The translations under genes and the position numbers were made by a program. Positions 57,079-64,000 of a DNA stretch of 64,000 nt are shown here, piece by piece. The notes under the pieces were generated by a model. The model saw only the letters and a list, made by a program, of their open reading frames with translations. It was not told where the DNA came from and ran no database searches. Source of the DNA: an uncultured delta proteobacterium (lineage in GTDB: Bacteria; Desulfobacterota; Binatia; Binatales; Binataceae); contig CAWFGH010000012.1 in NCBI GenBank assembly GCA_963815255.1, positions 268,121 through 332,120 on the forward strand. Direction: 5' to 3'. Position 1 is the first letter of the stretch. Each line of letters begins with the position of its first letter.

Positions 57079-58353
57079 ATGTCCGCGACCGCCGACGCTT
57101 ATTGGCTCGCGCTCCGACGTGTCCACGGCGCCGGGCCGCGCACCTGCCGCCTGCTGCTCGAGCGTTTTGGCTCCGCCGAGCAGATTTTCAAAGCCACCGA
57201 AGATGAGATCGCCGCAGCCGGAGTCGGGCGTAAAGTCGCCGGCTCGATCGCTGGCTTCAATGACTTCGCCCCGCTGGAGAAGGAGCTGTGCGAACTGCCG
57301 CGCCTGGGGGCGCGGCTGGTGCGATGGACCGACGACGAGTATCCGGCCAACTTGAAGCAGATCGCCGACCCGCCTCCCTACCTGGTCGCGCGCGGCCTGC
57401 TGGAGCCCCGCGCCACTGCCTGCGTGGCCGTGGTCGGTGCGCGCGCGGCCAGCGAGGCCGGGCTGCGGATGGCCCAGCGGCTGGGCTTTGAACTCGCCGC
57501 GCATGGCTTCGTGGTGGTCAGCGGGCTGGCCCGCGGAATCGACGGCGCGGCCCATCGCGGCGCGCTCGAAGCCGGCGGCCGCACGATCGCGGTGCTGGGA
57601 TGCGGTATCGATGTCGCCTACCCGCCCGAGCATCGCGGCCTCGCCGATTCGATCGTCGAGCGCTGCGGCGCCATCCTGAGCGAACTCCCGCTGGGTAGCG
57701 CGCCGTTGCCAGAGAACTTTCCCAGCCGCAATCGTATCCTGTCGGGCCTCTCGCTCGGCGTCGTGATCGTCGAGGCGGCGGAGAAAAGCGGCTCACTGAT
57801 AACGGCGCGGATGGCGCTCGAACAGGATCGCCAGGTTTTCGCCGTTCCCGGCAGCCCGCTGAGCGGCAAGACGCGCGGCAGCAATCGCCTGCTCAGGGAA
57901 GGCGCTGTGCTGGTGGAATGCGTTGAGGACGTGATCGAGGACCTCGCGCCACAGATGGCGGGCAAGGCGTCGGCGCCGGCCCAGCATGCGGCGGCGGCAT
58001 CGCAGGCGGCGCTCGCAGTCGCGGCGCCGGTGCAAGTGAGGACTGAGAGCGCGGCGATGCAACCGTTGTCATCGGGAGCCGCCACCGAGGTAAGCGAGCC
58101 CTCCATTAAGTGGAGCAAATCGAGCGAACCAAGCATTATTAGCTTGAGAAGTCCGTCCGAGAGTTTGGTCGGAGAGAAGTCCAAAGAGATTCAAGCGGTT
58201 TTAAATTGTCTAATAGATGCTCAAAAGCTCCATGTTGACGCGGTGATTGAATCGTGCCAGCTTCCTCCGCAAACTGTGCTTAACTTATTGTTGGAGCTTG
58301 AGTTGAGGGGACTGGTCGTACAGCATCCTGGCAAGCTCTTCACACTACCCTAG
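57079..58353 (+). CDS. dprA: DNA-processing protein DprA
   Basis: GGAGG upstream of the ATG at 57079; YP..LKQIADPP, AVVGAR, VVSGLARGIDGAAH, FPSRNRILSGLS, EAAEKSGSLITA, C-terminal LLELELRG. Confidence 0.95.
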   Translation: MSATADAYWLALRRVHGAGPRTCRLLLERFGSAEQIFKATEDEIAAAGVGRKVAGSIAGFNDFAPLEKELCELPRLGARLVRWTDDEYPANLKQIADPPPYLVARGLLEPRATACVAVVGARAASEAGLRMAQRLGFELAAHGFVVVSGLARGIDGAAHRGALEAGGRTIAVLGCGIDVAYPPEHRGLADSIVERCGAILSELPLGSAPLPENFPSRNRILSGLSLGVVIVEAAEKSGSLITARMALEQDRQVFAVPGSPLSGKTRGSNRLLREGAVLVECVEDVIEDLAPQMAGKASAPAQHAAAASQAALAVAAPVQVRTESAAMQPLSSGAATEVSEPSIKWSKSSEPSIISLRSPSESLVGEKSKEIQAVLNCLIDAQKLHVDAVIESCQLPPQTVLNLLLELELRGLVVQHPGKLFTLP

Positions 58354-58412
58354 GCCCGGCCCTTTAGTTGCCGGGCGGCCCTGGGGGCTGATTTCCGGAG
58401 GCTGGAGGCAGG

Positions 58413-60749
58413 GTGGCAAAGAATCTCGTAATAGTTGAATCACCGGCCAAGGCGAAAACGATCAAGCGTTATCTGGGTTCCGACTTCCAGGTCATCCCGT
58501 CGGTCGGCCATGTGATGGATCTGCCCAAGAGCACGCTCGGGGTTGCCGTCGACGACGACTTCAAGCCCGAGTACCACGTCATCGCCGGCAAGGCGAAGGT
58601 GCTCAAGGAAATCCAGACGCAGGCCAAGAAAGCCGACCACGTCTACCTGGCGACCGACCCCGACCGCGAGGGCGAAGCGATCGCCTGGCACATCGCCGAC
58701 CAGCTCGGGAAGATCAAGGGCACCGTCCGCCGGGTCCTGCTCCATGAGATAACGCAGGGCGCGGTGCGCGCGGCGGTCGCGAATCCGGAGGAGCTCAATC
58801 ACGACCTGTTCGACGCTCAGCAGGCGCGCCGGGTGCTCGACCGGCTGGTCGGGTACCAGATAAGCCCGCTGTTGTGGGACAAGGTCAAGCGTGGAATCAG
58901 CGCCGGACGGGTCCAGTCGGTGGCGCTGCGGATAATCGTCGAGCGCGAGAAGGAGCGCGAGGCATTTCGCGCGGAAGAGTACTGGACCCTGGATGCGCGC
59001 CTGGAGGCCGGCAATCCGCCCCCGTTCAAGGCCCGCCTTTACAGCCATCGCGACCAGCGTATCGACAACAAGGCCTACAAGCTGCCCGAGGCCGAGGCGC
59101 GCGCGATCATCACCGCCTGCGAGCAGTTGCCCTTCGTCGTGCGCAAGATCGAGCGCAAGGAGGTGCGGCGCTCGCCGACGCCCCCCTTCATCACCTCGCG
59201 CCTGCAGCAGGAGGCCTCGCGCAAGCTTTATTTCTCGCCCTCGCGCACGATGAAGATCGCGCAGCGTCTATACGAGGGCGTCGAGCTGGGCGACCAGGGC
59301 GCGGTCGGCCTTATCACTTATATGCGCACCGACTCGGCGCGGGTTTCCGACCAGGCCCTGAACTCCGTGCGCGAGTACATCGTAAATCGCTACGGCGCCA
59401 GCTACATCCCGGAGCGAGCGGTAATCTACCGCTCATCCAAATCCGCCCAGGACGCCCATGAGGCGATTCGCCCGACTGCGGTCGAGCGTGATCCGGAATC
59501 GATGGCGCGTTACCTGGGTAAGGACGAACTGGCGCTCTATACGCTCATCTTCAATCGCTTCGTCTCGAGCCAGATGAATCCGGCGGTCTATGACCGCACG
59601 ACCGTCGATATCGACTCGGGCGAGGCGGTCTTCCGGGCCACCGGACAGGTGGTCAAGTTCGACGGCTTCATGCGGGTGTACACCGAGGGCCAGGATGAAA
59701 CGCCGGATGACGACGAGGCGGCGACGTTGCCCGCGATGAACGAGGGCGAGATGCTCAAGCTGCTGGGTTTCGAGCCCGAACAGCATTTCACCCAGCCGCC
59801 GCCGCGCTTCAGCCAGGCGACGCTGATCAAGGAACTCGAGGAAAAGGGTATCGGCCGCCCGTCGACCTACGCGGCGATCATGACCTCAATCCTAAACCGC
59901 GAGTACGTCGAGGAGGACCCGAGCAAGCGGCTCCGGCCGACCTCACTCGGGCGCGTCGTCGCCGAGCTTCTGATCGCGGCCTTCCCGGACATTCTGGAGG
60001 TGAGCTTCACCGCGCAGCTCGAAGAGGAACTCGACGGAGTCGAGAACGGCAAGGAAAACTGGGTCAAGACGCTGCGGCGCTTTTACGGACCATTCAAGAA
60101 ATCGCTCGGCGAGGCCAAGAAGAAGATGCCGACCGTCAAACGCAAGGGCCTGCCGACCGGGCTCAAGTGCGAGCTTGACGACGGCGAGATGGTGATCAAG
60201 TGGGGGCGCAACGGCGAGTTCCTTGCCTGCTCCAACTATCCCAAGTGCACCAACACCAAGGAGTTCATCCGCGACGACCAGGGCAATATCGTGCCGCAGG
60301 AGCGCCAGGCGCTCTCGACCGAGCCGACCGACGCGGTCTGCGAGAAGTGCGGCAAGCCGATGGTGCGGCGGCGCTCGCGCTTCGGCGAGTTCCTCGGATG
60401 CTCGGGCTATCCCGACTGCGACGGTATCAAGCGCCTGAAGTCGGACCCGGTCAGCACCGGCGTCAGCTGTCCCGATTGCAAAGAGGGCGAGGTGCTGGAA
60501 CGGCGGAGCCGCCGCGGCAAGCTGTTCTTCGGATGCTCGCGTTACCCCAAGTGCAAGTTCGCGAGCTGGGACAAGGTCGTGGCGCATCCATGCCCGCAAT
60601 GCGGCTCGGCCTACCTGGTCGAAAAGGTGACCAAGCGCGAGGGCGCGCGCTGGCAGTGCCCCAATAAGGAATGCGACTACCGCGTGCCGGTGCCGGCCGC
60701 CGCGCCTCCCGACGGCGACGCTCCGGCGCCAGCGCCCGCGAGCGCGTAG
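58413..60749 (+). CDS. topA: DNA topoisomerase I
   Basis: LVIVESPAKAKTI, ATDPDREGEAI, SAGRVQS, ITYMRTDS, AHEAIRPT, GIGRPSTYA, C-terminal Zn ribbons. Confidence 0.98.
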   Translation: MAKNLVIVESPAKAKTIKRYLGSDFQVIPSVGHVMDLPKSTLGVAVDDDFKPEYHVIAGKAKVLKEIQTQAKKADHVYLATDPDREGEAIAWHIADQLGKIKGTVRRVLLHEITQGAVRAAVANPEELNHDLFDAQQARRVLDRLVGYQISPLLWDKVKRGISAGRVQSVALRIIVEREKEREAFRAEEYWTLDARLEAGNPPPFKARLYSHRDQRIDNKAYKLPEAEARAIITACEQLPFVVRKIERKEVRRSPTPPFITSRLQQEASRKLYFSPSRTMKIAQRLYEGVELGDQGAVGLITYMRTDSARVSDQALNSVREYIVNRYGASYIPERAVIYRSSKSAQDAHEAIRPTAVERDPESMARYLGKDELALYTLIFNRFVSSQMNPAVYDRTTVDIDSGEAVFRATGQVVKFDGFMRVYTEGQDETPDDDEAATLPAMNEGEMLKLLGFEPEQHFTQPPPRFSQATLIKELEEKGIGRPSTYAAIMTSILNREYVEEDPSKRLRPTSLGRVVAELLIAAFPDILEVSFTAQLEEELDGVENGKENWVKTLRRFYGPFKKSLGEAKKKMPTVKRKGLPTGLKCELDDGEMVIKWGRNGEFLACSNYPKCTNTKEFIRDDQGNIVPQERQALSTEPTDAVCEKCGKPMVRRRSRFGEFLGCSGYPDCDGIKRLKSDPVSTGVSCPDCKEGEVLERRSRRGKLFFGCSRYPKCKFASWDKVVAHPCPQCGSAYLVEKVTKREGARWQCPNKECDYRVPVPAAAPPDGDAPAPAPASA

Positions 60750-60840
60750 GCGATTTCAGAAACGATCGTCGAGCGCTTTTGGTCTGCTCCGCCCGCAAGT
60801 TTGCGTAGGAGATCTCGGCAAAATCGCTGAGCTCTTCAGG

Positions 60841-60938
60841 CCTTCCCACTTGTCTTGGGGGAGGATGGAGGTGGGGGTCGAGCGAGGAAGCGCCGGACGT
60901 CTTTCCTTTGCGGCGCTTCCTCATCCTGATCCTCCGCT
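60841..60938. repeat. Degenerate extragenic palindromic repeat
   Basis: Perfect 12-bp arms GAGGAAGCGCCG (60884-60895) / CGGCGCTTCCTC (60911-60922), flanked by GGGGAGGATGGAGGTGGGGG and CCTCATCCTGATCCTCC. Confidence 0.65.
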
Positions 60939-60999
60939 GATTGCGATCGAGCTTGCCCTCGCGCGCGCGGGCAGGCTAGCCTTCGCTCGGTACCTTCCA

Positions 61000-62358
61000 G
61001 TGAGTGCTCCAGTCATCAACATTATCGGCGCAGGGCTCGCGGGCAGCGAGGCGGCCTGGCAACTCGCGCGCCGTGGCGTGCGCGTGCGGCTTTTCGAGAT
61101 GCGCCCCGTGCGCATGACCGAGGCCCATCAGACCGCGCTCTTCGGCGAACTCGTATGCTCGAATTCGCTCCGCAGCGATTCGATGGACGCCGCGGTCGGC
61201 GTGCTCAAGGAGGAGATGCGCCGGCTCGGCTCGCTGGTCATTGCCGCCGCCGATCGCGCTCGCGTTCCGGCCGGCTCGGCACTCGCAGTGGACCGCGACG
61301 AATTTGCGCGCGCGCTCACCGATGCGCTCACCAGCCATCCGATGGTCCAGGTCGTCCGCGAGGAAGTCACTGCGATCCCCGATGGAGTAACCATCCTCGC
61401 CAGCGGTCCGCTTACCAGTCCGGCGCTGGAAGCCGATCTCAACCGGCTGGTCGGCGCGCGCCATCTTTATTTCTACGACGCGATCGCGCCTATCGTGAGC
61501 GCCGAGTCGATCGACATGGAAGTTGCCTTTCGCGCCTCGCGATGGGGCCGCGGCGGCGACGATTACATCAACTGCCCGATGAATGCGGCCGAGTACAACG
61601 CGTTCATCGCCGCGCTGCTGGCGGCCGACAAGGTCGCGGCGCACCCTTTCGAGCGTCCCGTCTATTTCGAGGGCTGCATGCCGATCGAGGAGATGGCGCG
61701 GCGCGGACCACAGACCCTCGCCTTCGGTCCGATGCGCCCCGTGGGGCTCGACGACCCGCGCGGCGCGCATCGCCCGTTCGCAGTGGTGCAGTTGCGCCAG
61801 GACGATCGGGCGGCGCGCCTGTACAACATGGTGGGCTTTCAAACCAAGATGACCTATCCCGAGCAGCGCCGCGTGCTGCGGATGATTCCAGGCCTGGAGC
61901 GTGCCGAGTTCGTACGCCTGGGCTCACTCCATCGCAACACCTTTATCGATTCGCCGCGGCTCTTGCGTCCCACGCTTCAACTGATCGGGCGCGACGACCT
62001 GTTCGTGGCCGGCCAGATGATCGGCGTCGAGGGCTACGTCGAGTCTGCGGCAGCGGGTTTGCTCGCGGCGCTCAACGCGGCCAACCTGGTGAACGGCCGT
62101 CCGCTCGTCGTGCCGCCGCCAACCACCGCGCTCGGTTCGCTGGTCGCCTATATCACCGATCAGGGCCGGCGTGATTTCCAGCCGATGAATGCCAACTACG
62201 GCCTGATGCCGGAGCTTGGGACGCGGGCGCGCGGCAAACAGAAGAAGCAACAGAAGATCGATATGGCGGCGCGCGCGCTCGGCGCGATCGACGAGTTTGT
62301 TGCCGAATACGCGATCGCCGAGTCCGCCGCTTCGCCGTTGCTGCAGGAGACTCCATGA
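61000..62358 (+). CDS. trmFO: Folate/FAD-dependent tRNA m5U54 methyltransferase
   Basis: IIGAGLAGSEAA, ELVCSNS, YFYDAIAP, YINCP, FEGCMPIE, FGPMRPVG, YNMVGFQT, HRNTFI, AGQMIGVEGYVES. Confidence 0.96.
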   Translation: MSAPVINIIGAGLAGSEAAWQLARRGVRVRLFEMRPVRMTEAHQTALFGELVCSNSLRSDSMDAAVGVLKEEMRRLGSLVIAAADRARVPAGSALAVDRDEFARALTDALTSHPMVQVVREEVTAIPDGVTILASGPLTSPALEADLNRLVGARHLYFYDAIAPIVSAESIDMEVAFRASRWGRGGDDYINCPMNAAEYNAFIAALLAADKVAAHPFERPVYFEGCMPIEEMARRGPQTLAFGPMRPVGLDDPRGAHRPFAVVQLRQDDRAARLYNMVGFQTKMTYPEQRRVLRMIPGLERAEFVRLGSLHRNTFIDSPRLLRPTLQLIGRDDLFVAGQMIGVEGYVESAAAGLLAALNAANLVNGRPLVVPPPTTALGSLVAYITDQGRRDFQPMNANYGLMPELGTRARGKQKKQQKIDMAARALGAIDEFVAEYAIAESAASPLLQETP

Positions 62359-63320
62359 AGATTGGCGCGCTCGACGTCGGTACGAATACGGTCCTGATGC
62401 TCGTGGCCGAAACCACGCCCGACGGCGGCGCGCGCCGGGTAATCGACCTTTCGCGCATTACGCGCCTGGGACAAGGCGTCGACCAGAATCATCGCCTCGA
62501 CCCGCAAGCCGCGCTGCGCACGCTCGACACGATCGCGGAATTCGTCGACAAGGCGCGCGCTGCGGGCGCCGAAAAGATCGTGGCTGCCGGCACCGCGACG
62601 CTGCGCGACGCCGCCGACGGCGAGGACTTTATCCGCCGCGTGCGCGAGCGCACGGGCGTCGAGCTGGAGATCATCTCGGGCGAGACCGAGGCCTGGCTGT
62701 CCTACCTGGCGGTGATGCACGGCCTGCGCCTCGATCCGTCGCAGCGCCTGCTCATCGTCGACATCGGCGGCGGCTCGACCGAGTTCATCCGTGCCGGCGG
62801 CCACGCGACCGAGTTCATCAACGCCCAGTCCGCGAAACTCCAGATGGCGAGCCTGCAGATTGGCTCGGTGCGCCTGACCGAGCGAATCATCCATCACGAT
62901 CCACCCACCCCGCGTGAAGCTGCCGATCTCCGGCTCGCGATCGACGCCGAACTCACGAGGCTGGGATGGAAGCTCGAAACAGACCTGCTGGTCGGAATCG
63001 CAGGTACCGTGACCACGGTCTGCGCGGTCGCGCTGGGGATGGAGACTTACGACCCGGATCGCGTGCACGGCTATCGGCTCTCGCGCACAGAGGTCGAGCG
63101 GGTGCTGCGCTTGTTCGGCTCGATGCCGCTCGCAGAGCGGCGCAAGATCAAGGGCCTCGACCCCGCGCGCGCCGACGTGATTTTTGCCGGCACCGCAATA
63201 CTCGAGCGCGTGATGAGCGAGGCCGAGGTGGACAGCGTCACGGTGAGCGATCAGGGTGTGCGATGGGGCCTCGTGTGGCGCGAGCTCGGCGCAGCGCAGC
63301 CGCCGCCAAAGCCGTCCTGA
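62355..63320 (+). CDS. ppx: Ppx/GppA family exopolyphosphatase (short form)
   Basis: DVGTNTVLMLVA, ITRLGQGVD, GTATLRDA, ISGETEA, DIGGGSTE, GSVRLTER, RADVI.AG, VSDQGVRWG. Confidence 0.92.
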   Translation: MKIGALDVGTNTVLMLVAETTPDGGARRVIDLSRITRLGQGVDQNHRLDPQAALRTLDTIAEFVDKARAAGAEKIVAAGTATLRDAADGEDFIRRVRERTGVELEIISGETEAWLSYLAVMHGLRLDPSQRLLIVDIGGGSTEFIRAGGHATEFINAQSAKLQMASLQIGSVRLTERIIHHDPPTPREAADLRLAIDAELTRLGWKLETDLLVGIAGTVTTVCAVALGMETYDPDRVHGYRLSRTEVERVLRLFGSMPLAERRKIKGLDPARADVIFAGTAILERVMSEAEVDSVTVSDQGVRWGLVWRELGAAQPPPKPS

Positions 63321-63454
63321 GCGGCCGGACGCTCCGCCTCGCGGACTGATTTCGCTCTTTTCTGTTCTTGTCGCGGCGTGCTCCCGCGCTATAACGGGCC
63401 ATTAGGGCTCTACTACGGCACCTGTTTGCGGTAGGGCCGGGGAGGCACGATCCC

Positions 63455-63724
63455 ATGACCAAGGCCGAACTGATCGAGACCGTCGCGCGCGCGACGCGGT
63501 TGGAGAAGAAGACCGCCGCGCGGGCCATCGAGCTTACCTTTGACCAAATCGCGCGCGCGATTCGCAAGGACAAACGCTTCTGGGTGCCCGGCTTCGGCAC
63601 CTTCTCGGTGCGCCGCCGCCGCGCGCGCCCCGGCTACAACCCGCGCACGCAAAGTCCGATGACGATTCCGGCCGCGCGCACAATCGGTTTCCGCCCGGCG
63701 CCAAAGCTTAGGAAGGGGCTGTAG
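63455..63724 (+). CDS. hup: HU-family DNA-binding protein
   Basis: MTKAELIE, GFGTFSV..R.AR.GYNPRT, IPAA..IGFRP. Confidence 0.92.
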   Translation: MTKAELIETVARATRLEKKTAARAIELTFDQIARAIRKDKRFWVPGFGTFSVRRRRARPGYNPRTQSPMTIPAARTIGFRPAPKLRKGL

Positions 63725-63802
63725 CGAAAAAGGCTATGGCAAAAAAAAGGCTATAGATCGTGCACGCAGGGCCGCCGGCGCGATCGCTTTGGCGCCTGAC
63801 TC

Positions 63803-64000
63803 GTGACCGCTGATTCTCAAACCAGCGCGCCTGCGCCGGCCGCACCGGCCCGTCCCCGCTCGCCAATCGCGATCGGGCGCGCCCCGGCGCGAACGCTCAG
63901 CGTCGCGTTGCTCGCAATTGCGATCGCGCTCGGCGCGTGGCTGCGTTTTGCCGCGATCGGCGCCCGCGAGATGTCGGCCGACGAAGGCGCGTCGTGGGCC
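63803..64000 (+). CDS. N-terminus of a probable GT39/ArnT-like membrane glycosyltransferase (truncated by the window end)
   Basis: GTG at 63803; TM helix then GAWLRFAAIG..EMSADEGASW (R...G...DE pattern). Confidence 0.55.
   Translation, partial: MTADSQTSAPAPAAPARPRSPIAIGRAPARTLSVALLAIAIALGAWLRFAAIGAREMSADEGASWA

Noticed and set aside
63728-63756. AAAAGGCTAT direct repeat after the HU gene
   Set aside because: Short, low-complexity, with no supporting context.

Overview
High-GC bacterial chromosomal segment. The gene repertoire (DUF1329 paralogues, amidohydrolase-2, CaiB/BaiF, LLM oxidoreductase, Rieske oxygenase) suggests a Binatota/deltaproteobacteria-like soil organism; this is inference. 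The left half (1-31.7 kb) is largely accessory: a TPP enzyme, orphan HvfC/DUF2063, yqjG, DUF3179, two DUF1329 genes, ppk1, a CGNR regulator/VOC pair, and a complete sulfate-uptake operon (Rrf2 regulator, DUF2292 small protein, OprO/P porin, sbp-cysTWA). It continues with YeeE/YedE pair-ppk2, a di-heme protein, a decayed island ending at tRNA-Ala(GGC) with an integrase remnant, and a transglutaminase cassette. The right half is mostly housekeeping (recN, nadK, nfo, trpS, proS, pyrF, dprA-topA-trmFO, ppx, HU), interspersed with two toxin-antitoxin pairs, SIMPL duplicates, a peptide ABC transporter and a Rieske operon. The strongest unexplained signals are non-coding: (i) paired CCGG-AC(A/C)A-CCGG repeats between the DUF2292 gene and the sulfate porin, (ii) three C(T)AACC-N8-GGTT(A)G boxes between the CGNR regulator and its divergent VOC gene, and (iii) a 37-bp duplicated tRNA promoter bracketing the transglutaminase cassette. 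Four genes, including essential proS, carry apparent +1 frameshifts, so single-base sequencing errors are likely. No CRISPR array or rRNA was seen.
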